Source: an uncultured Alphaproteobacteria bacterium
GTDB taxonomy: Bacteria > Pseudomonadota > Alphaproteobacteria > Rhizobiales > Aestuariivirgaceae
DNA: 64,000 nucleotides
NCBI GenBank assembly: GCA_963754675.1
Contig: CAVWHD010000026.1
Location: forward strand, 199,298-263,297
Reading direction: 5' to 3'
Shown: positions 37,460-49,581 of the stretch, piece by piece
Numbering within the stretch: position 1 is the first letter of the stretch
Layout: every line of letters begins with the position of its first letter
The notes under the pieces: generated by a model
The model's database searches: none
The model's input: only the letters and a program-made list of their open reading frames with translations
What the model was told of the DNA's origin: nothing
Position numbers and translations under genes: made by a program

Positions 37460-39543
37460 ATGGTGACGCCGGTTCTCGAATGCAAAAACCTCTCGATCTC
37501 CTATTACACCCGTGCCGGTGAAGTGCCCGCCGTCTATGACTTCAATCTGACGGTGGATCCTGGCGAAGCCGTCGGCATTGTCGGCGAATCGGGCTGCGGC
37601 AAGTCCACCGTGGCGCTCGCCATCATGCAGTATATGGGCAAGAACGGCGCCATTACCGGCGGGGCCATCAACTTCCTCGGCCGCGACATGCGCGCCATGT
37701 CCGAGGAAGAGCTCCGCCAGATCCGCGGCTCGCAGATCGCCATGGTCTACCAGGAGCCCATGGCCTCGCTCAACCCGTCCATGCTGATCCGCGACCAGCT
37801 GATCGAAGTGCCGATGGTCCATGAAGGCATCGATGCGGCGGCGGCGGAAAAGCGCGCCGTCGAGCTGCTCGAAGCCGTCCGCCTGCCCGACCCCACGCGC
37901 ATTCTCAATTCCTACCCGCACCAGCTCTCCGGCGGCCAGCAGCAGCGCGCCGTCATCGCCATGGCGCTGCTGTCCAACCCCAAGCTGCTCCTGCTCGATG
38001 AGCCCACCACGGCGCTCGATGTGACGGTGGAAGCAGGCGTCGTCGAATTGATCAAGGACATCGCCAAGCGCTTCGGCACTTCGATGATCTACATCTCCCA
38101 CAATCTAGGCCTCATCCTCGAGACCTGCGACCGCATCTGCGTCATGTATTCCGGCCAGTCGGTGGAACTGGGCTCGGTCAAGCAGGTCTTCGACCACATG
38201 CGCCACCCCTATACTCGCGGGCTGTTTTCCTCGATCCCGCTGCCGGGGACCGACCGCTTCGCCCACCCCCTGGTGCCGATCCGCGGGCAATTGCCCCTGC
38301 CGCGCGACCGGCCGAAGGGCTGCACCTTCGGGCCGCGCTGCGATTTCTTCAGGGAAGGCGCAATGCGATCCGCCCCAGCACATGGCGCCCATCAAGGGCG
38401 ATGCCGGCCACCAGGTCCGCTGCGCCCGCTACGCCGAGATCGACTGGAGCAAGCACAGGCCGAAAGGCATCGAGAGCGAGCCCATGCAGCCCGGCAAGGT
38501 GGTGCTGCAAGTCAGGGACATGAAGAAATATTACGAAATTCGCGACAGCTCGCTCGCCGCGCTGTTTTCCGGCAAGGGCTCGCGCTTCGTGAAGGCCAAT
38601 GAAAAGCTCGATTTCGAAGCCCGCGAGGCCGAGACCGTGGCCATCGTCGGCGAATCCGGTTGCGGCAAGTCGACCTTCGCCAAGGTGCTGATGGGGCTTG
38701 AAACCACAACCGGCGGCGAAGTGCTGGTGAACGGCCTCGACGTGGGCTCGCTGCCGGTTAAGAAACGCCCGGCGGGATTGATTTCGAGCTTGCAGATCGT
38801 TTTCCAGAATCCCTTCGAAACCCTCAATCCCAGCCATTCGGTGGGTGCCCAGATCGGCCGTGTACTGAAGAAATTCGGCGTCGCCAAGACGCCGCGACGA
38901 GATTGAACGAAAAACCTACGAACTCCTCGATCTGGTGAAACTGCCGCGCGAGTTCGCCGCCCGCAAGCCGCGCCAGCTCTCCGGCGGCCAGAAGCAGCGG
39001 ATCGGCATCGCCCGCGCTTTCGGCGGTAATGCCACCCTCGTCGTTGCCGACGAACCTGTCTCGGCCCTCGATGTCTCGGTGCAGGCCGCCGTCACCGGAT
39101 TGTTGACCGACATCCAGCGCAAGAAACGCACCACCATGGTGTTCATCAGCCATGATCTCTCGGTGGTGCGTTATCTCGCCGACCGCATCGTCGTCATGTA
39201 TCTGGGCCGCATCATGGAACAGGGCACCACCGATCAGGTCTTCGCCCCGCCCTATCACCCCTATACGGAAGCACTGCTCTCGGCCGTGCCGATCGCCGAT
39301 ACCTCGGTCAAGAAGAAGCACATCGTGCTCAAGGGCGAACTGCCCTCGCCGATGAACCCGCCTCCTGGCTGCCCGTTCCAGACCCGTTGCCCGCGCAAGA
39401 TCGGCGCCATCTGCGAAACCGAACTTCCCCCGGTTCAGGAATTGGCGCCCGGCCACAAGATCATGTGCCACATCCCGGAAAAAGAATTGCGCAAGATGGA
39501 GCCGGTGATCACTTTTCAAAAAGCCGCGAAGGCCAAAGCCTGA
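37460..39543 (+). CDS. Dpp/Opp-type ABC ATPase with two fused ATPase domains (frameshifts at ~38370 and ~38895)
   Basis: Two GESGCGKST Walker A motifs, LSGGQ signatures, HPYT and GC.F..RC tails. Removing single bases joins three ORFs. Confidence 0.85.
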
Positions 39544-39551
39544 GTCCCGGC

Positions 39552-41561
39552 ATGCGCGTGATCGAGGACTTTCCGTTCAAGATCGAAACGCACGACGGCG
39601 TCCGCATACCCGTGGCCGGCGGCATCCACATCGTTGCCCGCATCTGGCGGCCCGCGGGCTCCGACAAGGCGCCCGTGCCGGCCATCCTGGAATTCCTGCC
39701 CTACCGCCGCCGTGACGGCACCGCCGAGCGCGACGCCCTCATCCACCCCTATTTCGCCGGTCACGGCTATGCCTGCCTGCGGGTCGACATCCGCGGCTCG
39801 GGCGACTCGGAAGGCGTGCTCAAGGGCGAATATCTGAAGCAGGAGCAGGATGACGCGATTGCCATTCTCGAATGGCTGGAGCATCAGCCCTGGTGCACCG
39901 GTGCGGTGGGCATGATCGGCATTTCCTGGGGCGGCTTCAATGGTCTGCAAGTGGCGGCAAGGCAGCCGAAGCAGTTGAAAGCCGTCATCTCGATCTGTTC
40001 GACCGACGACCGCTATGCCGACGATGTCCACTTCATGGGCGGCGCCCTGCTGCTCGACCAGTTCACCTGGTATTCGGTGATGTTCTCGCTCAACGCCGCC
40101 CCTCCCGACCCGGCAGTCGCCGGCGCGAATTGGCGCGGAATGTGGAAACAGCGCCTCGATGAAAGCGGCTTCTGGCTGAAGGACTGGCTGGGCCACCAGC
40201 GCCGCGATGAGTTCTACAAGCACGGCTCGGTGTGCGAAAACTATGACGCCATTCAAACTCCGGTCCTGCTGGTGGGCGGCTGGGCCGATGGCTACACCAA
40301 TGCGATCTTCCGCCTGCTGAGCAATCTGAAAGCGCCATGCCGCGCGCTCGTCGGCCCCTGGGCTCACAAATGGCCGCACTTCGCCAAGCCCGGCCCGCAG
40401 ATCGGCTTCCTCCAGGAATGCCTGCGCTGGTGGGACAAGTGGCTGAAGGGCATCGAGACCGGCGTCCTGGACGACCCCAAGCTGCGCGCCTGGATGGAAG
40501 ACCCGATACGGCCCGCACCCTATAATGGCGAAAAGCCCGGCCGCTGGGTCGCTGAAGCCAAATGGCCGCCGCTTAAGCAGAAGCTCAAGACCCTACCAAT
40601 GTCGCGCGGGAGACTGGGCAAGAACGGCGCCGATGTGCTGAGCGTTTCTTCGCCACAGGATACCGGCGTGGCCGGCGGAAAATGGTGCGCCTATGGCGCC
40701 TGGGAGGATCAGCCGCTTGATCAGCGCGCCGAAATGGGCGGCCAGTTGATCTTCGACACCGATCCGTTGGCGGACGATCTTTCCGTGCTCGGTGCTCCCG
40801 TGGCCAATCTGGCGGTCTCCAGCGGCAAACCGCAGAGCCTGATCGCCGTCACCCTCTGCGAAGTGTTCCCCGATGGCGCCGCCACCCGCGTGAGCTACGG
40901 CATTCTCAATCTCACCCACCGCAAGTGCCACGAAGAACCGCAACCGTTGCAGCCGGGCCAAATCTACGATGTCCGCGTCCAACTCTGCGACATCGGCCAT
41001 CGCTTCGGCAAGGGCAATCGCATTCGCTTGAGTATCTCCAATGCCTATTGGCCCATTGTCTGGCCCTCGCCGGAAGCCAATCTGCTCAGCATTCATTGCA
41101 GCGATAGCGCCCTCTCGCTTCCCCTCCGCCAAGCAAACTCCATGGATGCGAATGTGACGGTAGCAGCCGAACCACAGGGCTCGCGGCCCCTGGCGCAGAC
41201 CCAGATCGAAGCGGGCCATAACAGCTGGACCACCACTTTTAGCGCCATGACCGGCGAGACCATCCTCATCCGCGCCAATAGCGACGGCTGGCGCCGCATC
41301 GACGGCATCGATCTCGAACTTGGCCTGCAGAGCGAACACAAATACACCATCAAACCCGCTGACCCGCTTTCGGCGCGGCTCGACACCCATTATTTGCGCC
41401 GCTATCGCCGGGGCCCTTGGTCGATTGCCGCCGAGACCAAACTCACCGTGCGCGCGACGCTTACCGAATTCCTGGTCGACGCCTCGCTTGAGGCCCGCGA
41501 AGGCGCGACAATCGTGAAGACGCAAAAGTGGTCGCTGAAATTTCCACGAGACCATGTGTAG
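39552..41561 (+). CDS. CocE/NonD family serine hydrolase (paralog 1)
   Basis: PYRRRDGT, GISWGG nucleophile, DDRYADDVH, GPWAH, PepX_C-like C-domain. Confidence 0.92.
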   Translation: MRVIEDFPFKIETHDGVRIPVAGGIHIVARIWRPAGSDKAPVPAILEFLPYRRRDGTAERDALIHPYFAGHGYACLRVDIRGSGDSEGVLKGEYLKQEQDDAIAILEWLEHQPWCTGAVGMIGISWGGFNGLQVAARQPKQLKAVISICSTDDRYADDVHFMGGALLLDQFTWYSVMFSLNAAPPDPAVAGANWRGMWKQRLDESGFWLKDWLGHQRRDEFYKHGSVCENYDAIQTPVLLVGGWADGYTNAIFRLLSNLKAPCRALVGPWAHKWPHFAKPGPQIGFLQECLRWWDKWLKGIETGVLDDPKLRAWMEDPIRPAPYNGEKPGRWVAEAKWPPLKQKLKTLPMSRGRLGKNGADVLSVSSPQDTGVAGGKWCAYGAWEDQPLDQRAEMGGQLIFDTDPLADDLSVLGAPVANLAVSSGKPQSLIAVTLCEVFPDGAATRVSYGILNLTHRKCHEEPQPLQPGQIYDVRVQLCDIGHRFGKGNRIRLSISNAYWPIVWPSPEANLLSIHCSDSALSLPLRQANSMDANVTVAAEPQGSRPLAQTQIEAGHNSWTTTFSAMTGETILIRANSDGWRRIDGIDLELGLQSEHKYTIKPADPLSARLDTHYLRRYRRGPWSIAAETKLTVRATLTEFLVDASLEAREGATIVKTQKWSLKFPRDHV

Positions 41562-41594
41562 AACCAACGGCCGGAACTCTTGACCTGCCTCATC

Positions 41595-41710
41595 CCCCAT
41601 TTCCGTCATTCCGGCGAAAGCCGGAACCCATGGCGGGGAAGCGCAAAACGCCGATGTTGTAAATATATGGACGATGGGTTCCGGCTTTCGCCGGAATGAC
41701 GGAAATGGGG
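41595..41710. repeat. CGTC-REPIN long inverted repeat between convergent genes
   Basis: CCCCATTTCCGTCATTCCGGCGAAAGCCGGAACCCA ... TGGGTTCCGGCTTTCGCCGGAATGACGGAAATGGGG (perfect arms). Confidence 0.9.
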
Positions 41711-41777
41711 TAGTCCGCGAGTCTCTTATGGCCGTTGGTGTAATACGCCGCCTTCGGCGCGTGACGGATGAAGGGCC

Positions 41778-42936
41778 CTACCCCGCCGCTTCCAGGATCG
41801 ACACCAACGACGCCACATCGAGCTTGCGCGGATTGCAGCCGGCATTGAAATCCGGCAGCGCCATCACCGCCAGGCGCTGAAAATCCTGCCGCGCCACGCC
41901 GATATCGGTGATCTTGGCGGGAATTCCGATGCGCCGCGAGAGCTTCGAGACTTCGGCAAAATAGGCATCGAAGCTGGGCTCAAGTCCCATATGGGCCGCA
42001 AGTGCTGCAACCGGCTTTTCGATGGCCGGGCGGTTAAACTGCAGCACATGGGGCATCAGCACCGCATTGGTGAGCCCGTGCTGGGTTCCAACAAGCGCGC
42101 CGATCGCATGGCTCAACGCATGCATTGCGCCGAGACCCTTGACGAACGAAGTGGCCCCCATGATCGCCGCCGCCATCATGTAACTCCGCGCCACGATGTC
42201 ATCGCCTTGTTCGACGGCACGAGGTAAAAAGTCATGACACATCTTGACGCCTACCGCCCCGATGGCATCGGCCATCGGATGGAACTGCCGCACCACCAGC
42301 GCTTCGAGATTGTGCGACAGCGCATCCATGCCGGTCCACGCCGTCAAATTGCGCGGCAGCGACAGCGTCAGCTCCGGATCGGCGATGACAACGCGAGGCA
42401 TCATCGAAAGATTGACGATCCCGGCCTTCACCGGTTTCGAGGGGTCGGTAATGATGCCGCTCGCCTCTACCTCCGCGCCGGTGCCCGCCGTCGTCGGAAT
42501 GGCGATGATCGGCACCTTGCTGCGTTCGGCCTGCACTTCAATGCTGCGCGGGTAGGCAAAGCGCCATAGATCGCCGCCCAGCCCCGCCACCAGCGCCACC
42601 GACTTGCCGCAGTCGAGCCCACTGCCGCCGCCCAGCGCAATAACGCAATCGGCCTTGGCGATCATGAAAGGCAGCGACTCCCGCCATGACCTGATCGCCA
42701 GTGGGATTCTGGTCGCAGCCGTCCCACATCGTGCTGCCGCGTGCGAGCGAGGCAACGCGCCGCGGAATCCCCGTTGCCGCGAGCCCCCGGTCGGTAACGA
42801 TCAGCGGCCGCTTGCTGCCAAGCAGATCGAGAATGCCCGGCAATTCCGCGATGCGGCCAGCGCCAAAGCGCGTTTCGGTCGGGAAAAGCCAGTCGCCGCG
42901 AAGGTCCTCCGCCGAGCTGAATTGCCAGAACGTCAT
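41778..42936 (-). CDS. Iron-containing alcohol dehydrogenase (frameshift at ~42660)
   Basis: GGGSGLD, IPTTAGTGAE, DPELT, GMDALSHNLE, GAMHALSH...HGLTNA. Confidence 0.9.
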
Positions 42937-43005
42937 GGGTCCTCGCGTTGACAGAAAAATCGAAACCGCCTTAGCTCAGCATCAATACAGCTGGGAGGCA
43001 AGGCA

Positions 43006-45037
43006 ATGGCAAAAGCGCCGATAGTGCATAACTACCGTGGCCAGGTCGAAAATGTCGAAATCGCCTGGATCCCAATGAAGGACGGCCGCAAGCTCGCGGC
43101 CCGGCTGTTGCTGCCGAAGAAACTGGAGGACCGCCCGGTTCCCTGCATCTTCGAATATATTCCCTACCGCCGCCGCGACGGCACCCGCGTTCGCGATGAC
43201 GAAGTCCATTATTGGTTTGCCGCCCACGGCTATGGCGCGGCACGCGTCGATATTTCCGGCTCCGGCGACAGCGATGGCCTCATCCAGGACGAGTATCACA
43301 AGCGCGAACAGGACGACGCGCTGGAGATTATCGCCTGGCTGGCAAGCCAGGACTGGTGCACCGGTGCGGTCGGCATGATCGGCATTTCCTGGGGCGGCTT
43401 CAACGGCCTGCAGGTCGCCGCGCGCCGGCCCCCCGCCCTCAAGGCCGTCGTGTCGATCTGCCTCCACCGTCGACCGCTATGCCGATGACGTGCATTACAT
43501 GGGTGGCTGCCTGCTCAACGACACGCTCGACTGGGGCGGCTATTTCTTCACCTGCGGCTCCCTGCCGCCCGATCCCGAAATCGCCGGCCACAACCGCTGG
43601 AAGGAAATCTGGAAACACCGCCTCGACAATCTCGACTGCTATCCCATGATCTGGATGGAGCACCAGCGCCGCGATGCCTTCTGGAAGCATGGCTCCGTGT
43701 GCGAGGATTACAGCAAAATCCAGATCCCCGTGCTCAATGTCAGCGGCTGGGCCGATGGCTATACCGCCGCCGTGTTCCGCTGTGTGGAGAACCTGCCGGG
43801 CGCCAAGGGCATCGCCGGACCCTGGGGCCACAAATATCCCCAGTCTGGCATTCCAGGCCCCGCCATCGGCTTTCTTCAGGAGTGCGATCGCTGGTTCGGC
43901 CGCTGGCTGAAAGGCAAGCAGACGGGTGTCGAGAACGATCCGCCGCTGCGGCTTTTCTTGCAGGAAAGCGAGTCTCCCAGGCCGCATTTCGATGAGCGCA
44001 AGGGCAAGTGGATCGGCCTGCCGTCCTGGCCATGGAAGAACATCAAAACCGGGAAACTCTATCTGGGCAAGGGCACCCTGCTCGCCAAGCGGGCCAAGGC
44101 CAAGCCCATGACCGTCAAGTCGAGCCAGTCGACCGGCCTTGCCTCGGGAGAATGGTGCGCCTATGGCCTCGGCAAGATTGCTCCAGAACTGCCCACCGAC
44201 CAGCGCGAGGACGACGCCCAGTCCCTCTGCTTCGACGGCGAGGTCTTGAAGAAGCCCATGTCGATTGTCGGTCGAAGCCTTGTGCGGCTGCGCATCGCCG
44301 CCGATAAGCCCCAGGCCCAGGTGGCCGTCAGGCTCAACGCCATTCACCCCGACGGCGTCGTTGAACGCATCACCTATGGCTTGCTCAACCTCGCCCACCG
44401 CGACAGCCACGAGAAGCCGCAGGCCCTGAAGCCCGGGAGGTTCTACGATGTGACGGTGGAGTTGAACGAGGTCGCCGCGGCTATTCCGGCCGGCCACCGT
44501 CTCCGCCTTGCCATTTCTTCGAGCTACTGGCCCATTGCCTGGCCGTCACCGGAACCTGCAACCCTGACAATCGACCCTTCGCGGTCTGTTGTCGAGTTGC
44601 CGCGACTGGTCTCCGAAGCAGGTCTTGCCAAGGTGAAATTCGCGCCCGTCGAGAAAGCAACGATTGCTCCCACCACCGTCAAGGACCCCGGCGCCGAGAC
44701 CCGCCAGGTCATTCTCGATATCGACAAGCAGCGGGTGAACTTCACCATCAAGCGCAACGACGGAAGCTATGTCATCGATGACATCGGCACCGAAGTGAGC
44801 CTGACCAAGCTCAAGGATTTCGCCGTGAGCCGCGACGGCGTCGAGCCGCCGCGCTCGCTGGTGGCCACCACCGTTCACTATCGCCGTGGCGATTGGGATG
44901 CGCGGACCGAAACCGATGTGTCGATGACCTCGGACAAGACCCATTTTCACATGGAAGGCCATGTGCGGACTTTTGACAACGGCAAGCCCTTCATCGACAA
45001 AACCTTCAAGCGTTCATTCAAGCGCGACGGCGTGTAG
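43006..45037 (+). CDS. CocE/NonD family serine hydrolase (paralog 2; frameshift at ~43461)
   Basis: PYRRRDGT, GISWGG, DRYADDVHY, GPWGH. Confidence 0.9.
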
Positions 45038-45183
45038 CGGCGGACGGCGGTGTTTCCACGCCGCCGCTTCCTCCAGCAACACCACATTTGACAGAAGCGC
45101 CTGCCGGGTACAGTCTAGGCCGAAGCGCGTGGCCGGTGCTTTTCGCCGGCTCAATCCGCGCAACAGTGCTCAGGGAGGAGCCT

Positions 45184-46734
45184 ATGATGAATCGCCGTGA
45201 ACTGCTTCGTAACAGCGCCTTTCTTTCCGCCATCGCGGCCCTGGGCATCAAGCCAGGCCAGGTGCTTGCCGCCGATGGCGATCTGCTCAAGGTCCGCATG
45301 GAAGCCGATATCCAGGTTCTCGACCCCGGCTACATGATCGGCGGCGCCGAGACCAGCATTCAATACGCCTGCCTGCCCCGCCTTGCCGTCCCCGTAAAGG
45401 ACGCGAGCGGCAACTGGGGCTGGGCGGCATCCGACTATGTGGAAAAGATCGTCCAGGACGATCCCGACCCACATTTCGTTCACCTTGAAGCCCGGCTTCA
45501 TGTGGAGTGGCGATCTCGGCGAAGTCACCACCGAGGATGTCAAGTACTCCTTCGAGCGGATGCTGAAATCCGACTGGGCGGCGCGCTGGCCAACGCTGGA
45601 AAAAGTCGACGTAAAGGACAAATACAGCGGTGTGATCGTTCTGAAGTCGCCGTTCGCCGCGACATTCCTGATGGGCATTGCCTCCGAGTCCGGCTCGGTG
45701 CTGCCGAAGGCCGCCGTCGAGAAATTGACCGACCAGAAGTTCACCACCGAACTGCCGGGGCAATGTGGCCCCTACACCATGGCCGAATGGACGCCGAAGC
45801 AGAAGGTCGTGGTGAAGGCCAATCCCGATTGGAAGGGAACCAAGCCGGTTTTCGGTGAAGTTCATTTCATCAACATCGAGGATACCAATGCCGCCGAACT
45901 TGCCTTTGAGGCCGGCGAAGTGGCGATCACCGGTGTCCTGCCGGCGACGGCGGCGCGCTACCTCAAGCAGATGCCGGCCAATTCCAAACTTTCCAGCCAG
46001 CCGGGCCCCTACTACACCTGGATCGGCATGAATACCCAGCATGAGAAGCTCAAGGATATTCGCGTCCGCAAGGCGATCCAGCGCGCCATCGATGTGAATT
46101 CCATTCTGGAAGCGGCCTATGGCGGCACCGCACCCCTCGCCCATGGGGTGGTGGCGCTGGGTGTTGTCGGAAATCGCAGCGTCTCCAAATACTCTTACAA
46201 TCCTGGCGAGGCCAAGGCCCTCCTCGCCGAGGCCGGCGTCAGCGATCTCACGCTCGAATTCAAGACATTGAATGAGGCCTACCGGGTGACTGCCGCCCAG
46301 ATCGTCCAGGCCAACCTCGCCGATGTCGGCATCAAGTGCGAAATCATCCCGCTCGATTCCGGCCCGTTCTGGAACCTTGGGCTTGAATCCAAGGGTGAAG
46401 ATTGGAAGACCCTGCAGCTCTGGTGGATGCGTTACCGGATGTCTCCCGATCCGTCCGACGGCATCCAATGGTTCATCAAGAGCCAGGTCGGCGTGTGGAA
46501 TTGGGAGCGCTGGTCCGATCCGGAATATGAGGAACTGTGGCTCAAGGGCCTCGCCGAGACCGACAATGCCAAGCGCGCCGTAGATGTATCATGCGCATGC
46601 AGGAGATCATGGAGGATACTGGCTCCTATGTGTGGATCACCCATGATCCGCTCAACTATGTGCACAGCGACAAGATCGTGCCGGATTACGATACCGGTGG
46701 TGAAATCCTCGTTGAGAAGTTCAAGAGTGCCTAG
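45184..46734 (+). CDS. Family-5 ABC substrate-binding protein, Tat leader (frameshifts at ~45467 and ~46580)
   Basis: MMNRRELL, DVKYSFER, GPYTMAEW, RVRKAIQRAID. Confidence 0.88.
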
Positions 46735-46792
46735 GAACCCAGCGGGCCGGAGCAATCCGGCCCGCACCGCATTCTGGGGCGCAATCGCATAA

Positions 46793-47737
46793 ATGATACT
46801 TTACGCCATTCAGCGCATCGGGCTGTCGGTCCTGATCCTCATCACCTCAATGGTGATGCTGTTCACCGCATTGAAACTGGTGCCCGGCGACCCCGCCACC
46901 ATCATGATCGGCTCGCGCGCCAGCGCTGAAATGCGCGCCCGCATCACCGAGCAGCTGGGCTTGAACGACCCCGTCATTGTCCAGCTCGGCACATTTTTCG
47001 GCCGCATCCTGCAAGGCAATCTCGGCACCGACCTGTGGAGCCAGCGCCCGGTCAGCCAGATGATTCTCGAGAACCTGCCCTATACGCTGATGCTGATTGC
47101 CGTGGGACTGGGCTGGGCCGCCTTGATCGGCATCCCGCTCGGCTGTTACTCGGCAGTAAGGCGCAATTCATTCATCGACAAGTTCACCGGCGTCATCTCG
47201 GTTGGCACCATTTCGATTCCCTCCTTCGTCGTGGCGATCTATCTCATCTTGCTGTTTGCCATAGCCCTCGATTGGCTGCCGGTGATCGGCGCCGGCGAAA
47301 AGGGCGACTGGCACGATCAGTTCATGCATTTGATCATGCCGGGCTTTGCCATGGGGCTAGGCTGGGTGGGCTATCTGTCGCGCATCGTGCGCGCTTCAAT
47401 GCTGGAGGTGATGGGCGAGAATCATATCCGCACCGCCCGCGCCTTTGGCCTGCCTGAATTCCGCATCATCAAGTCCTACGCGCTCCGCATCGCCATCCTG
47501 CCGACCATCACCTTGCTGGCCCTGGCGATTGGCGGTCTGTTGTCGAATGCCGTCTTCGTCGAGTTCATCTTTGCCAGACCCGGCATCGGCAAACTGATCG
47601 TCGATGCCGCCCTGGTGCGCAACTTTCCGGTTGTCCAGGGCGGCGTTCTCGTCACTGTTGCCCTTTTCGCACTGACCATGCCGCTTGCCGATCTTCTCGT
47701 TGCCTGGCTGGATCCCCGTGTCAGAGCAACTCTCTAA
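46793..47737 (+). CDS. Dpp/Opp-type ABC permease B
   Basis: LVPGDPA, SRIVRASMLEVMGENHIRTARAFGL, LDPRVR. Confidence 0.92.
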   Translation: MILYAIQRIGLSVLILITSMVMLFTALKLVPGDPATIMIGSRASAEMRARITEQLGLNDPVIVQLGTFFGRILQGNLGTDLWSQRPVSQMILENLPYTLMLIAVGLGWAALIGIPLGCYSAVRRNSFIDKFTGVISVGTISIPSFVVAIYLILLFAIALDWLPVIGAGEKGDWHDQFMHLIMPGFAMGLGWVGYLSRIVRASMLEVMGENHIRTARAFGLPEFRIIKSYALRIAILPTITLLALAIGGLLSNAVFVEFIFARPGIGKLIVDAALVRNFPVVQGGVLVTVALFALTMPLADLLVAWLDPRVRATL

Positions 47738-48602
47738 GGCTGTTCCCATCGCCGCACCGGGTCAGGCCACCTTGTTCTGGCGGCGGCTCTGGCAGGACCG
47801 TCTTGGCTTTGCCGGGTTGATCCTGGTCGCCATCGTCGTCTTCTGCGGCATCTTCGGCCCCTACATCACGCCATTCGATCCCTACAAGATCACTGTGCCG
47901 GAGAAATTCCTGGTCCCGTCACTGACCCACATATTTGGCACCGACAATCTCGGCCGCGATGTGTTTTCACGAGTCATCGCCGGCAGCCGCATTGCACTTT
48001 CGGTCGGCATAACGTCGATCGCCGTGGCGTTGACAATTGGCCTCGTGCTGGGCCTCCTCGCCGGTTACGGTCCGCGCTGGCTCGACAATTTCCTCATGCT
48101 GGTGTTCGATTCGATCTATTCGGTTCCAACCGTGATCCTCGGTCTGACTGTCGGCACCCTGCTGGGCGCCAGCATCACGACGTTGATGCTGGTTGTCATC
48201 GTGATCTTTATCCCCGGCTATGCGAGGTTAACGCGAACCGCCACTCTGTCGATCAAGACGTCGGAATATATCCAGGCCGTCGAGTCGCTCGGCGCCTCCA
48301 AGTTTCGTATTATTTTCATCCATCTTCTCCCTAACATCGTCGGTCCGCTGCTCATCATCGCCAGCATGGACATTCCGTCGGTGGTGGCCCTCGAAGCCGG
48401 CCTCACCTATCTCGGCATGGGCATCCCGCCGCCGGCGCCGAGCTGGGGCAGGATTATTCAGGAGGGTTATAGCGTGATCCGCGTGGCGCCATGGATGGTG
48501 GTTGCCGGCGGCATTCCGTTGATTATCACCACGCTTGGCTTCACTTTCCTCGGTGAATCCCTGCGCGACAATCTCGATCCTAAGCTGCGGCGCGTTGTAT
48601 GA
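47718..48602 (+). CDS. Dpp/Opp-type ABC permease C
   Basis: FGTDNLGRDVFSRV, EYIQAVESLGAS, PPPAPSWG, LRDNLDPK. Confidence 0.92.
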   Translation: MSEQLSKAVPIAAPGQATLFWRRLWQDRLGFAGLILVAIVVFCGIFGPYITPFDPYKITVPEKFLVPSLTHIFGTDNLGRDVFSRVIAGSRIALSVGITSIAVALTIGLVLGLLAGYGPRWLDNFLMLVFDSIYSVPTVILGLTVGTLLGASITTLMLVVIVIFIPGYARLTRTATLSIKTSEYIQAVESLGASKFRIIFIHLLPNIVGPLLIIASMDIPSVVALEAGLTYLGMGIPPPAPSWGRIIQEGYSVIRVAPWMVVAGGIPLIITTLGFTFLGESLRDNLDPKLRRVV

Positions 48603-49581
48603 CCGCCAGCGTCCTCGACATTCGTGGGTTATCCTTGAATTTTGATACCCAGGCCGGGCCCGTCCATGCCTTGCGCGACATTTCCATGGCGATACCACGG
48701 GGCGAAATCGTCGGTGTCGCCGGTGAAAGCGGGTCGGGAAAATCGACCCTCGCCCTCGCCATCCTGCGCCTGATGGCGCACAATGCAGTGATCACCGCCG
48801 GAAGCGTCGACTTTCACGGCACCGACCTTCTCAAACTATCCGAAGACGAGATGCGCGCCATTCGCGGCACCCGCATCGCCATGGTCTTTCAGGACCCGAT
48901 GACCTCGCTCAACCCGGTGCGCAGCATCGGCCAGCACATGCTGGATATTCAGTACCGTGAGCAATCGCTGTCGGAAGCGCAGAAGCGGGCCAAGGCTGTC
49001 GATGCCTTGAACCGCGTCGGCATTCCCGACGCCGCGAGCCAGCTCGACCGCTATCCGTTTCAGTTCTCCGGCGGCATGCGCCAGCGCATTGCAATCGCCA
49101 TGGGCCTGTTGCCCAAGCCAGATTTGCTCATCGCCGACGAGGTGACCACCGCCCTTGATGTGACGCTGGAAGCGCAAATCCTGCATCTGCTGCGCGAACT
49201 CAGAACCGCGATCAACGGATCGATCCTGTTCATCTCGCACAATCTTGGCGCCATTGCCGAGATCTGCGACCGCGTCGTCATTCTCTATGCCGGCGAAGTG
49301 GTGGAACAGGGACCGATAGCCGAGATTTTCGACCGGCCCCAGCACCCCTATACCAGGGCGCTGATCGATTGCGACCCGGCCCGCATCGCCTCGACAACCC
49401 GGGAGCTTCCCGTCATTCCCGGCGATGTGCCCAATCTGCGCGCGCCACCACTAGGATGTATTTTTTCCCCCCGTTGCGCCATCGCCATCGACCGCTGCCA
49501 CGACCGCGACGGCCGATTGATGTGGCAGTCGGTCTCGAGCACACCGCGCGCTGCCACCTCGCCCGAGGCCCCGGCAAATGA
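48599..49581 (+). CDS. Dpp/Opp-type ABC ATPase D (frameshift near 49510)
   Basis: GESGSGKST, FSGGMRQR, DEVTTALD, HPYT, GCIFSPRC; the tail ARCHLARGPGK is in another frame. Confidence 0.88.

Noticed and set aside
26156-38101. Long minus-strand ORFs 26156..27766 and 36467..38101
   Set aside because: Antisense to well-supported ABC transporter genes.
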